A stretch of 64,000 nucleotides of DNA, taken from positions 1-64,000 of the forward strand of contig CAWDPO010000012.1 in the NCBI GenBank assembly GCA_963804165.1, read 5' to 3'. Under the pieces are notes generated by a model. That model did not search any database and was not told the DNA's origin. It worked only from the letters and a program-made list of their open reading frames with translations. Of the stretch, positions 29,331 through 39,606 are shown piece after piece (the stretch's first letter is position 1; the number at the start of each line of letters is the position of its first letter). Made by a program: the position numbers and the translations under genes. The DNA is from an uncultured delta proteobacterium. GTDB taxonomy: Bacteria > Desulfobacterota > Binatia > UBA9968.

Positions 29331-30572
29331 CTATTTTACTGGGGTGACGGTTTCTTTTACGGAAAAAGCCAATAGCATTGCGGTGGCGAGCGAGCACAAA
29401 CCGATCATCGCGAATGAAACCGTGTAGCCCATATGCTCGGCGACAAAGCCGAATAGCGCCGGGCTGACCATGCCACCGATCTCGCCGATCAAGCGCCAGA
29501 AACCGAAGAACCGCCCGCGCGCATGGGCCGGCGCCATGTCCGAGCCGAGCACCTGCATGCTTCCCGCTGTAACCGCTTGGCTGGCATGCATCCAGAGAAA
29601 AGCGCCGACAAAAATCGCCAGGCCCCAATGCCACTGAGCGTTCGCCGCGAGAAAAAATAATCCCAACGCCATGGACACAAAGCCGGGCACCATCGTGGTC
29701 TTGCGTCCGAAGCGGTCCATTAGATAGCCGCACGATAGGGTGATCGGGATGCCGACGACCGTGCTCATGGTCGCCAAGCCGCCCAACCCGCGCGCCCCGA
29801 CATCGTAAGTAAAGGTTGCGTACAACAGCAGTGTGCCGCCCCAGAGCACGCCGCGAGTCATCGATGCGAAGAACTGGGCGCAGAGAAAACCGCGGTACCT
29901 GTCGTCGAGCATCAAGGCTACCAAGGCTTTGGTGTCGAGCTGATCTTCGGTTTTTTTGCCGGCGCTCTTCGCTCCGGCCGGTGCCGATTCGCGGACGAGA
30001 AAAAAACTTGGCACGATGGCCAACAGCGCGAGAACGCCGTGGGCGACGAACGGCAGCCGGATACTCCACGCGGCCAGCAATCCGCCGAGCGCGGGGCCGA
30101 TCAGCCGGCCGGCTCCCTCGGTGCCGATCATGCCGCTCATCTGCCGGCCGCGCTGCCGGCGCTTGCCGACATCGGCGATGATCGCGAGCCTGGACTGACG
30201 CCACATTTCCATGGCCGCGCCGCCGATCAAGCGATAGATCAAAAGCTCGCCGAACGAGTGCGCCACGGCGATGAGACAAGACGACACCGCCACGAGCACC
30301 GGCCCGGCGATGAGAATCGGGCGGCGGCCCATGCGATCGACGAGAAAGCCGGTCGGCACGGCGGCGAGCAACGCGCCCAGGGCATGCACGACGATCACCA
30401 GGGAAGCGACGCCGAAGCCGGTGTCGAAGGATTTCGCAAATACCGGTATCGCCGGTGTTGCGATGCTGTAGCCCAGCGCAAAGACGAACGCCGGGAAATA
30501 CAGAGTTAAAAGCTGGTAGGAAGAAAAAAAGCCGTCGTTCTCGTGCGGCTGTGAATCTTTCTGTAAAGCCAT
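29331..30572 (-). CDS. MFS transporter
   Basis: About 12 TM segments; G.LVDRMGRR and GYLMDRFGRK motif A. Confidence 0.92.
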   Translation of the reverse strand: MALQKDSQPHENDGFFSSYQLLTLYFPAFVFALGYSIATPAIPVFAKSFDTGFGVASLVIVVHALGALLAAVPTGFLVDRMGRRPILIAGPVLVAVSSCLIAVAHSFGELLIYRLIGGAAMEMWRQSRLAIIADVGKRRQRGRQMSGMIGTEGAGRLIGPALGGLLAAWSIRLPFVAHGVLALLAIVPSFFLVRESAPAGAKSAGKKTEDQLDTKALVALMLDDRYRGFLCAQFFASMTRGVLWGGTLLLYATFTYDVGARGLGGLATMSTVVGIPITLSCGYLMDRFGRKTTMVPGFVSMALGLFFLAANAQWHWGLAIFVGAFLWMHASQAVTAGSMQVLGSDMAPAHARGRFFGFWRLIGEIGGMVSPALFGFVAEHMGYTVSFAMIGLCSLATAMLLAFSVKETVTPVK

Positions 30573-30719
30573 ACTGGTACGCGACGCTGTTCCCAGTATG
30601 AAGCGGTCAGCGGGAAAGCCTCGTTGATTCCCCTCGTCGATTTAGCTGTGCGACTCGAGAATCAAGCATATAATTCGATCTTCGCGCCGGGTCAATCCGC
30701 CGCACGCCACGTTTGCCGA

Positions 30720-31100
30720 GCTGATTCCTGACATTCTCAACAAATGCCAAAACTCCCAAACCACAATAGCTTCCGACCAGCGATCATCGCGGACCGCCGG
30801 CCGTTCTCCAGCCCTTGCTCAACCCACTATCGATCTGCTCTTTGAAAATCTTCAAAAAATGGAACGATTGGAACCTCTGGAACTATTGGAACGGGCGATA
30901 GCCTTTGGTTTGAACGAAGTGCTTCCTTCGAGCAGCTCAGAGCCTGTCCTGAGTTTTATCGAAGGAACGAGCGGATGATCGAGCCGGTCATGGTGATTCC
31001 TCGACGGGCTCGGAACTGAAGGCCGTCGAGGAAGCCTGCCGTGAGGCCTCTCGAACGGCCGAACCATTGAACGGCTTGAACTGAGTGAAACGGTTGAACG
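30720..31100 (+). repeat. Degraded RAYT 3' fragment (minus strand) plus TTGAAC mosaic
   Basis: Minus strand reads ~WVEQGLENG..RDDRWSEAI..AFVENVRNQLG with indels; then CTTCGA..GCTCAG..CTGAG..TCGAAG and GAGCCGGTCATGGTGATTCCTCGACGG modules. Confidence 0.7.
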
Positions 31101-31106
31101 ATGTGT

Positions 31107-31529
31107 TTAGCCATTCTCCAGCAAATAAGTGCGCCGATCGATCTTTACGGTACCGTTGGTAAAGCTGATCGAAATGTTGATATCCCCTTCCCCCCGGGTC
31201 CAGGGAACCACCCTCATGGTTCGAAGACCCGCTTTGGTATTGGGCTCCTGAAAGGCGATCGCTTCCGCCTCCGCCCTGGTCTCCGCGCGCAGGATGAACA
31301 TGCCGTAACCGAGATCGCAGGTTGTTTCATTGTCCTTGTCGTTCTTGAGCAGGCCCGCGGCGAACAGGCGCCCCTCGCTTTCGAGTTTCGCCATGTATTC
31401 CTTGTGCGGCCGGCGCACCGCCTCACGGGATGGAGCGTTTGCCGGAGGGGGCTCAACGAGCGTCGTGAAACAAAGATAACATTGCTCGTGTTTCAACGGA
31501 TGCATCGGGTCTTGCTTCAGCTCTGCCAT
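31107..31529 (-). CDS. YCII family protein
   Basis: R.PHKEYM..LE..G.LFAAG, GMFILRA, EP....G.R. Confidence 0.8.
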   Translation of the reverse strand: MAELKQDPMHPLKHEQCYLCFTTLVEPPPANAPSREAVRRPHKEYMAKLESEGRLFAAGLLKNDKDNETTCDLGYGMFILRAETRAEAEAIAFQEPNTKAGLRTMRVVPWTRGEGDINISISFTNGTVKIDRRTYLLENG

Positions 31530-31679
31530 GGTCTTTCCTCCTCGAAATGAATTCTGCTACGTGCATGCATTCCTTTCTGATGGATCAACCGACGGTTCTA
31601 CAATTTTAAACCGGACAATCAACCGCCTAATGGGTCATGCTTACGCGGCAGCTTTACACGTTAGCGCCAATCTCCCCGG

Positions 31680-32080
31680 TTTTCGAACGTTTCGACGTTT
31701 CGAGAATTCCCGAAACGTGGAAGTTCCCCCTCCGGGTTGTATTTGCCGTTAACGCTTTGAACGGAGCAAAGCGGTTGAACGGCTTGAACCATTTGAACGG
31801 ACCGATCCCCATGATGAACGGAGCGAATCCTTCGACGACGCTCAGAGCCCGTCCTGAGCTTTATCGAAGGAATGAGCGGAAGATCGGGCCGGTCATGGTG
31901 ATTCCTCGACGGGCTCGGAACTGAAGGCCGTCGAGGAAGCCTGCCGTGAAGCTTCTCGAACGGCCAAACCATTGGAACGGATGGAACGCCTGAGAATCTG
32001 CCGTTGAACTTTTGAACCTTGAACTTTGAACGAGGTTAATCCAGTTAATGGCTTGAACGGTTTGAACGAGCTCAGAAGTT
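31680..32080 (+). repeat. Boundary palindrome plus large TTGAAC mosaic
   Basis: Modules shared with 9496-9610, 30924-31080, 35612-35765 and 46730-46840. Confidence 0.85.
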
Positions 32081-33100
32081 TTAGACCTTCGCACCTTCGA
32101 CTACGCCCATAGCACGGGAGGAAGGAAACCAGGTCCCACGATATTTCCAGCCGGCCCTCTCCAGCAAAGACGCGTACTCGTCCTCGGTTCGTTCCCGTCC
32201 CGTACCCCAGCACATCATGTGTATGTCGAACAACTTGGAAAAGTGGGCTGTCCTTGGCTCGGGGATAACATGCTCGACGATGAAAACCCGGCCACCGGGC
32301 TTAACTTCCCGGTACTGGTTCTGAAGAATCTGAACGCATTCATCATCGTTCCAATCATGCAGGATGAGCTTCATGATGTAAGCGTCGGCGTTCGGTACGG
32401 CATCGAACATATCGCCGGCCACATACTCACAGCGGTGACTCATGCCCATTGCTCGTGCCCACAACCGGGTGGGATTCGAGATGACTTCCGCCCGCTCCAA
32501 TACTGTTCCCCTGAGATGGGGATGCTTCTCGAGGAACCTGCATAACAGGTAGCCGTGGCCGCCGCCGACGTCGCACAAATGAGTTATCTTTCCGAAGTCG
32601 TATGACTCAAGCGCCTCGAGTATCCAATCCGTCTGGGCGCGGGAGTAACTGCTCATCGCGCCATCGAATACCTCGGCATAGCTTGGATCGTGCATCGCGT
32701 GATCGAAGGCCATTCGTCCGAACTCGCGCACAAACGCATTCTGCTTTCCGTCACGAATCATCGCCGGCAGATGCGTCCAGAGCGCATAGTGCTCGGGACC
32801 TTCTTCCAGCAACGTGACCCCGCGCAACGTTTGCGGATGATCCGATCGGAGCAGCTCTCCCGCCTCGGTGAGCGAGAATGTTCGCTCCGCGGCCTCCGCA
32901 AGCAGATCGAGCGAGCCGAGGGCTCGCAGGAGCCGATAGGCGAGATGGGGGGCGAGCCCGAGCTCATGGGCGATTGCCGTCGCTTTCCTCGGGCCGTTGC
33001 GCAGGGCGTCGAAGACTCCCAATTTGACGCCGGCGTACAGAATCTGGCTACGCCATCTGCCGAAGATGAGGTCGAGCACCTTTGGTTGCGGGTCGGACAT
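32081..33100 (-). CDS. O-methyltransferase (Methyltransf_2 with dimerisation domain)
   Basis: DVGGGHG, GDMF, KLILHDWNDD, GRERT. Confidence 0.93.
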   Translation of the reverse strand: MSDPQPKVLDLIFGRWRSQILYAGVKLGVFDALRNGPRKATAIAHELGLAPHLAYRLLRALGSLDLLAEAAERTFSLTEAGELLRSDHPQTLRGVTLLEEGPEHYALWTHLPAMIRDGKQNAFVREFGRMAFDHAMHDPSYAEVFDGAMSSYSRAQTDWILEALESYDFGKITHLCDVGGGHGYLLCRFLEKHPHLRGTVLERAEVISNPTRLWARAMGMSHRCEYVAGDMFDAVPNADAYIMKLILHDWNDDECVQILQNQYREVKPGGRVFIVEHVIPEPRTAHFSKLFDIHMMCWGTGRERTEDEYASLLERAGWKYRGTWFPSSRAMGVVEGAKV

Positions 33101-33237
33101 GTTTATCCCCCTCTCATGCTTTTAACTTCTAGTTCCCTTGGAGCGATTGAAACACGCTAAGGCACCACCGAGTCCCTGCCGAGTGCGCTTTTCTGTTCGA
33201 TCGTTTAGTCACGCTCGGGTTCTGACTTTCTATTCTT

Positions 33238-33330
33238 GACTGAACGCTTTGGATGGTTCCGAGCTACGTTGAACTTTGAACCTTGAACTTTGAACGAGTT
33301 CTTTTTGACTGTTGCCTGTTGCCTATGCAC
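33238..33330 (+). repeat. TTGAAC mosaic plus TTGCCTR heptamers
   Basis: Near-identical to 34724-34810. Confidence 0.8.
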
Positions 33331-33400
33331 GTTGCATAGTGCCTGTTTGCCTGCTTGTTGTGCTTCACCTTGAGCATCAAAAGTCGTTTCCTGCAGAAGC

Positions 33401-34189
33401 TCACGAAACCTTAGTACCAAGGCTAACCCGATATCGGAAGGGGGAGTCCCGAGTGCCTAACACAAGAAGCCCTTCTGTCCCAGTAAAAAACACGGGGCCA
33501 GACAGGCCAGACGGCCCGCCTACCGGTCGACCATCTACCCATGAACCCAGGGTGCTACCTCGGTCCTGAACCCCTACCCGGCCTTCGTGTTTGATAAAGG
33601 CAAGATGATGCCGAGAGATTTGTAGTGGCACAGAGTCGGGAAGCATCAGATCATTATAGACAAGCGGATCTGCACTCTCTCTGCCAATACGAAAGGGGAA
33701 TTGTGTGATCGGAAAAGGAGTTACCGGTAGAGCGTCGGCAGCTCGCGGGGTTATCCCTTCCAGCGCAACAGTGGGCTGATCCCTAGCTAGAACTACGGGC
33801 AGGACTTCAGGGACCAGCGCCTGCTGGCGGTCAGCTTTTTGGAGCTCCAAGATCCTGGCATCCGCCTCACGTAAACGCTCAAAGAGAACTTTCAAGAGTT
33901 GGAGCACCACTTTGGGGTCTGTCTGAAAGCTGTTGAAAAAGTCGTCCCGCCGGATCTCACACACCAGAGTCTCGGTAACGGCTGTCACGGTTGCGCTGCG
34001 TGGCTTCTCGTCGATCATGCTCATTTCGCCAAAGGTTTCTCCATCCCCGAGGTAAGCCAGGTGAACCTTTTGCCCCTGTAGTTCCTTGCTTACTTCAACC
34101 TGCCCTTGGTTGATGACATAGGCCGTTTCGCCAAGGTCGTTTTCTTGAATAATAACTTCTCCAGCCTCATACCGGCTCAGCGGAATCAT
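33401..34189 (-). CDS. cNMP-binding plus FHA domain protein
   Basis: FGEMS...PRSATV; FRIGR, ISRHH, D.GSTLGSWV. Confidence 0.88.
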   Translation of the reverse strand: MIPLSRYEAGEVIIQENDLGETAYVINQGQVEVSKELQGQKVHLAYLGDGETFGEMSMIDEKPRSATVTAVTETLVCEIRRDDFFNSFQTDPKVVLQLLKVLFERLREADARILELQKADRQQALVPEVLPVVLARDQPTVALEGITPRAADALPVTPFPITQFPFRIGRESADPLVYNDLMLPDSVPLQISRHHLAFIKHEGRVGVQDRGSTLGSWVDGRPVGGPSGLSGPVFFTGTEGLLVLGTRDSPFRYRVSLGTKVS

Positions 34190-34489
34190 AATTGATCCTC
34201 CCTATGAACTCTCAGCACGCGTTTGCTGCGATGAGTCTAATTGTTTCCACAGCAGCTTGTCCACTGCAATGCGCGGCAATCTCCGAGCCGAAAAAGCCAT
34301 GGAGGCCACCGGAATGTTGGCAGCTCTTGAAGAAGCGCCACAGCTTGTTTTTGCCATCTTCGGCGAACGGCTATTCCAAAGGAGGATGCCGAGTTTCTAA
34401 CCGCCGCAGGCTTCACGCAGGCCGAGGTTGACGTTCTGCTCGCGATAGCCCTGGACATCGCGCCCCGACTGGCCAAAGAGACGCCGCCA

Positions 34490-34810
34490 ACCTGATTCTT
34501 TACGTTCTCAACCAATGCCAAACTTCCAACCGCAATCGCTTCCGACCCGCGCATCATCTTGAGTATCGAACGTCGTTCCACGCGTTTCGCCGGATCTCGC
34601 GCTCCATGCCGCGATTTGAACAGCTGGAACCTTTGAAACAATTGGAACTACTGGAACCGCTCTTCAATGGTTAACGACTGGAACGATTGAAACGGGCCGC
34701 AGCAGTAAGCGCAGCAGCTAAACGACTGAACGCTTTGGATGGTTCCGAGCTACGTTGAACTTTGAACCTTGAACTTTGAACGAGTTCTTCTTGACTGTTG
34801 CCTATTGCTC
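34490..34810 (+). repeat. RAYT 3' fragment (minus strand) plus TTGAAC mosaic
   Basis: SEAIAVGSLALVENVKNQVG on minus strand; near-duplicate at 35420-35585. Confidence 0.7.
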
Positions 34811-34954
34811 TTTACGATATCGTACACAGCTAAATCAAGAAGCTGTGTTGGACCGACCCGAAGTCGGCCTTCCGAAATCCCAGCCAAGCACTTGACGAAT
34901 TTTGCTCCCTGGGGATACATACGTGCATAGGAACAACTCAATGGAGGAACTCAC

Positions 34955-35362
34955 ATGGAGACCAAGGCGAAGCCCGTTCCGAAAAGTGCGGTGCAGGTGG
35001 TCAACACCAAGTGGCAGCCCGGTGAGCGCAATGTCAAGCGGCTCGCACGCAGCGAGCTGCTCAATATCCTGCTGCACCACTGGGATACGGGCGGTGAGGT
35101 GGCGCTACACCATCACACCGACGGGGATGCTACGTGGGTCGTCGTCGGGGGCGAAGTGACGTTCTATGGCGAAAACGACCAGGTCATCGCCAAGGCAGGG
35201 CCGCGAGAAGCTGTCCTGATTCCGCGCAATACGATGTACTGGTTCACCAATTCGGGAACCGCACCTCTCGAGATGTTCCGCATCTCGGCAAAAGTCGGCG
35301 GCATCAGCGAAGGGGACGACCGCATCTACCACCAGCGAGTAACTGACATGACCCAGACATAG
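34955..35362 (+). CDS. Cupin domain protein
   Basis: GGE.ALHHH..GD.TWVV.GG, LIPR...YWF. Confidence 0.85.
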   Translation: METKAKPVPKSAVQVVNTKWQPGERNVKRLARSELLNILLHHWDTGGEVALHHHTDGDATWVVVGGEVTFYGENDQVIAKAGPREAVLIPRNTMYWFTNSGTAPLEMFRISAKVGGISEGDDRIYHQRVTDMTQT

Positions 35363-35419
35363 TCTCGAGCCGGAGCGGCGGTTGTTTCAAAACCCGGCTT
35401 CGCCACTGCCGCGCGACCC

Positions 35420-35845
35420 TAACGTTCTCAACAAATGTCAAACTTCCAAACGCAATCGCTTCAAACCCGCGCATCATCTTGAGCATCGAACGTCGTTCCA
35501 CGCGTTTCGACGGATCTCGCGCTCCATGTCGCGATTTGACCGGCTGGAACCACTGAAACAATTGGAACTACTGGAACCGCTCCTCAGTACTTAACGACTT
35601 GAACGAAGCGCATCCTTCGACAGAGCCCGTCCTGAGTTTTACCGAAGGAACGAGCGGATGATCGAGCCGGTCATGGTGATTCCTCGACAGGGCTCGGAAC
35701 TGAAGGCCGTCGAGGAAGTCTGCCGTGAGGCTTCTCGAACGGCCGAACCATTGATCGGCTTGAACGATTTGAATGCTCCGCGCCTTCCTCAAATTATGCC
35801 GCTCATGGTGAGACTGTCGAACCATTGAACCTTGAACCTTTGACC
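35420..35845 (+). repeat. RAYT 3' fragment (minus strand) plus TTGAAC mosaic
   Basis: EAIAFGSLTFVENV on minus strand; shared modules. Confidence 0.75.
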
Positions 35846-36020
35846 GGTCCGTTCTTAGTTCTACCAAAAATATCTCTAAGTTCTTTCAATTCAACAAGAC
35901 CAGACGCGTTTTGACTACCAGCCTTGTTCTCAACCTAACAGAAGCGTATAAAGCCCCGGTGCGAGATGGTTGCATGCATGGAGTGGCAAAGATGTGGGTG
36001 ATGACTCTAGGAGACGCAGT

Positions 36021-37979
36021 ATGAATTTGCCGCCGGAACAAGAAGCGATACGGGCCCGATGTTTTCACCCTTCGGGGAGCTTTGTTGAATTCCCTCAAGA
36101 GGACGTCGAAACTTCTATCCCGGAGCGCTTCGAGAAGATTGCGCGAACTTACCCTAACCGAATCGCGGTAAAAATAAATGACAGGTTCGTAACCTACGAT
36201 GAGTTGAACAAATCGGCGAACCGGGTGGCGCGGGCGCTCCTCGAAAAACTCGGTCGAGGAAACCGGCCCGTCGTTGTCTTTTCTGAGCATAATTTAACAG
36301 CAGTCATTTGTTGTTTTGCGATCTGGAAAGCTGGGAAAATCGTGATAGCGATAGAGCCGTCCTTTCCCATAGAACGGGTCATTTCGACTATCAACGATTC
36401 CCAAGCAGAAGCTATATTAACCAGTGACGAGTATCTCGAACCCGCCTCAACTGTCGCGAAGGGATTGATTCCCGTTGTAAGTTTTGACTCATTGGCAGCC
36501 GACGCACCGGATGACAATTTGGAACTTATGATTCCAAGCGCGGTGACGGCCGAAATTCGCTATAGCTCGGGCTCCACTGGAAAGCCGAAAGGCATTGTTC
36601 GCAGTCATCGCAGGCTTCTCAGTAGCGCTCGGTCGACGATCAACTTGGCGCACATTTGTCCCGACGACCGTCTGCTCGCCTTGATCAGGCTCAGTTATGG
36701 CACCCGAGACCTGCTTACAAGCTTGCTCAGCGGCGCTGCTCTTTTCCCATTTGATATCGAGAAAGAAAGCATCGGGAACCTGGCCCGATTGCTCAGTCGA
36801 GAGGGAATAACCTGTTACAAATCGGTGCCAACGGTTTTTCGCTATCTGGTCGGAGAATTAGCCGAATTGGCAGCATTTCCATCCATCCGTATCATCCAGC
36901 TTGGAGGCGACGTTTTATTCAGGAATGATCTCCTCTCCTATAAAAAGTATTTTTCGAACGAATGTATTTTGATGAACAGACTCAGCGCAGGCGAAACGGG
37001 AAACCTGTGCGTATTCTTCATCGACAAGAATACGGAGATCGACACTGCGATTGTTCCCGTTGGCTATCCGATTGAAGATAAACGAATACTACTGCTGGAT
37101 GACGCGCAAAATGAAGTTGGCGTGAATCAGATTGGCAAAATCGCGGTGGCGAGCCGCTATTTGTCGTCCGGCTATTGGAATAATTCCGAACTCACTAACG
37201 AGAAGTTCTCGGATAGCGAAGAGAGCGCGGACGTACGGCTGTATGTTTCGGGTGATCTGGGGCGGACGCTGCCCGATGGTTGTTTGGTTTATATGGGGCG
37301 GAAAGATGATCAGGTCAAGATCAGAGGCGCAAAAGTGGAGATAGGCGAGCTTGAAGCCGTACTATCGGAGCACCCGGAAATAAGGCAATCGGCGGTGGTC
37401 GCGTTTGACCGATCGAATGGTGACAAGTACTTGACCGCCTATGTCGTTTGTCGCTCTCATCCGGCGCCCAGGGTGACCGACATCCGTGACTATTTAGGAA
37501 GGAAAATGCCCGACTACATGATTCCATCTGCGTTCATGTTTATGGAGTCGCTGCCTTTGACCAATGGGAAGGTGGACCGCAAGGCGTTACCTAGACCGGA
37601 TGATAAGCGGCCGGATCTCACTACGCCCTTTGCTTTGCCGGTAAGCGAGATCGAAAAGAGTCTGGCGCGGATTTGGGAGGAAGTCCTTGATGTTCGTCCT
37701 ATAGGAAAGCATGACAGGTTTTTCGACCTTGGCGGGCACTCGCTGTCGGCGAGCCGGGTTGTGTCGCGGGTGATCCAGCAGTTTCAGCTAGATATTCCAC
37801 TACAATCACTATTTGAATCACCGACCATTGCGGATATGGCAACCATGATTACGACACATCAGGGAAAGACTTTAGACGAGCAAGGCATAACGAAACTAAT
37901 CGACGAATTGGATGCGTTGTCGGAAGAAGAAGCCAGGCGGCTTTTAGACGAACAGCGTAATGAAAACTCCGATAAGTAA
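36021..37979 (+). CDS. Stand-alone NRPS-like adenylation-PCP didomain
   Basis: YSSGSTGKPKG, YVSGDLG, GRKDDQVKIRG, PDYMIP, NGKVDR, FFDLGGHSL. Confidence 0.92.
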   Translation: MNLPPEQEAIRARCFHPSGSFVEFPQEDVETSIPERFEKIARTYPNRIAVKINDRFVTYDELNKSANRVARALLEKLGRGNRPVVVFSEHNLTAVICCFAIWKAGKIVIAIEPSFPIERVISTINDSQAEAILTSDEYLEPASTVAKGLIPVVSFDSLAADAPDDNLELMIPSAVTAEIRYSSGSTGKPKGIVRSHRRLLSSARSTINLAHICPDDRLLALIRLSYGTRDLLTSLLSGAALFPFDIEKESIGNLARLLSREGITCYKSVPTVFRYLVGELAELAAFPSIRIIQLGGDVLFRNDLLSYKKYFSNECILMNRLSAGETGNLCVFFIDKNTEIDTAIVPVGYPIEDKRILLLDDAQNEVGVNQIGKIAVASRYLSSGYWNNSELTNEKFSDSEESADVRLYVSGDLGRTLPDGCLVYMGRKDDQVKIRGAKVEIGELEAVLSEHPEIRQSAVVAFDRSNGDKYLTAYVVCRSHPAPRVTDIRDYLGRKMPDYMIPSAFMFMESLPLTNGKVDRKALPRPDDKRPDLTTPFALPVSEIEKSLARIWEEVLDVRPIGKHDRFFDLGGHSLSASRVVSRVIQQFQLDIPLQSLFESPTIADMATMITTHQGKTLDEQGITKLIDELDALSEEEARRLLDEQRNENSDK

Positions 37980-38122
37980 TGCCGCTTCGCTGCGAGCGTA
38001 ATTGCCACCATCCTCAAAAGGCGAAGCAATAGCCGAGGGCGAGCGCGCAGCTTCCCTTGGTCCGACCCGCGCCTAGCGAGATCCCTTGCTAGACTTAAGC
38101 CCTTTATTTTCTATCATTTTGA

Positions 38123-38368
38123 TTGATGAACACTCTGATACTGAAAACGTTTAAACAGGCGAAAAGAGTCATTGTGATCGTAGTCGGTTCTACAATTCTC
38201 GTTATGGGAGTCGCAATGATCGCGCTGCCGGGTCCCGCTGTTGTTGTAATACCAGTCGGACTAAGTATCCTTGCAACTGAATTAGTCTGGGCAAGAATAC
38301 TGTTGAACAAACTCAAAAGTACATTTCAAAAAGGAAAGGGAAAGGACCAGGCTTGCGAAACCAAGTGA
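38123..38368 (+). CDS. PGPGW-family small membrane protein
   Basis: LPGPA..VIPVGLSILATE..WA. Confidence 0.8.
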   Translation: MMNTLILKTFKQAKRVIVIVVGSTILVMGVAMIALPGPAVVVIPVGLSILATELVWARILLNKLKSTFQKGKGKDQACETK

Positions 38369-38524
38369 GAGGGGGCCATTGCTACTTTTCTTCTCACTGC
38401 GGCCAACCGCATGCTCGCCATGTGCTTCCGTGTCCGAACGTCGCCGCCCTTTCAGCTGCGTAATCTGTTTTTACGAAGGGCCGTTACTGATTCGGATATC
38501 ACGAACGATGTGATTCGGCGGCAA

Positions 38525-38760
38525 AACGTCTTGAACGGAGCGCATCCTTCGACAAAGCTCAGAGCCCGTCCTGAGTTTTATCGAAGGAACGAGCGGATGG
38601 TTGAGCCGGTCATGGTGAGCCTGCCGAACCATTAAACGACTGAACGCTTTGGATGGTTCCGAGCTACGTTGAACTTTGAACGACCGTTAATCTGACGTCT
38701 TGAACGGACCCCGAACTCCGATCCACGGGATTGAAACGTTTTGAACGATTTGAACGGGCC
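38525..38760 (+). repeat. TTGAAC mosaic tract
   Basis: CCTTCGACAAAGCTCAG..CTGAG..TCGAAGG plus the module shared with 33238. Confidence 0.8.
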
Positions 38761-38785
38761 TCGGTATTTGTTGGCAAGCGACGGA

Positions 38786-39295
38786 TCACGGGCATTCTGA
38801 GCCACCTTTTCCTCGCAATAATTCTATTTGTTTTTCAGAAGTAAACACCTCGAAACAATTAAGACACACCCTTTCGTCTCGGTATCCGACTGGAACCGCT
38901 GCTCTCCACACATCCTCCAACACTGTGAAATCACAATTTTGTGAAGAACCGCACACTTTGCACACCCTTCTTCCAGTTGCCGTTGGCGCTGACTCTGGAA
39001 CATCAATTTCACCAATTTTGTGAATGAGTTTGCCACGATGACGTAGGAGAAGTTTGTAGGTTCTCCGGCACGCGAATTGATCATCAAATAATAGTGCGCC
39101 TAAATATTCTTCGCCCTCATGTTCGATCGTTAGATAAAGCCGATTAACTGGTTTCATCTTGGACTGAATCACATTCTTGAGAATGCCTATCTCACCGCCT
39201 AGCTGTTGAGATTGTTTGGCGTCCCTTCCAACCCAGGCGGGTGGCCAGTTAGAGACTCCCCGGTAACACATCAATGAGTGATCTCGAAGCTTCAT
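38786..39295 (-). CDS. Hypothetical protein (LRDH..WPPxW family) with C-terminal CxxC...CxxC
   Basis: Paralog of 5871-6188; CKVC and CLNC. Confidence 0.7.
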   Translation of the reverse strand: MKLRDHSLMCYRGVSNWPPAWVGRDAKQSQQLGGEIGILKNVIQSKMKPVNRLYLTIEHEGEEYLGALLFDDQFACRRTYKLLLRHRGKLIHKIGEIDVPESAPTATGRRVCKVCGSSQNCDFTVLEDVWRAAVPVGYRDERVCLNCFEVFTSEKQIELLRGKGGSECP

Positions 39296-39504
39296 GTAAC
39301 CTCTGAATCGAGGTGAAAGTTGGCCTAGCGTCCACATGTCATCAGGAGATCAGATTCACTAGATCGTAGTGACTCTGTGGGTGCGAGGTTTCGTCATCAA
39401 AAATGCTCCACCGTCCACATACATCACCTAATCTCATGATCCAGCGGGGCCTTTTCCGAAGCAGAAGAGCACAACTACTTTCCTGAGCCTCCAAACGTGG
39501 CAGC

Positions 39505-39560
39505 CAGGGTCATTGTCCTTGGAGCTTGGTGTCTGCTGCCGCGCCATGACAATGACCCTG
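39505..39560. terminator. Long inverted repeat downstream of the 39607 gene
   Basis: CAGGGTCATTGTC...GACAATGACCCTG. Confidence 0.4.
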
Positions 39561-39606
39561 ACGGTAATTCGCCAAACTCTGCCTCGGTTCTACTCAGCGA
39601 GGGTTC

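Noticed and set aside
30852-32213. Short ORFs made of repeat DNA (e.g. VQTVQAV, LNGLNHLN peptides)
   Set aside because: These are translations of the non-coding mosaics.
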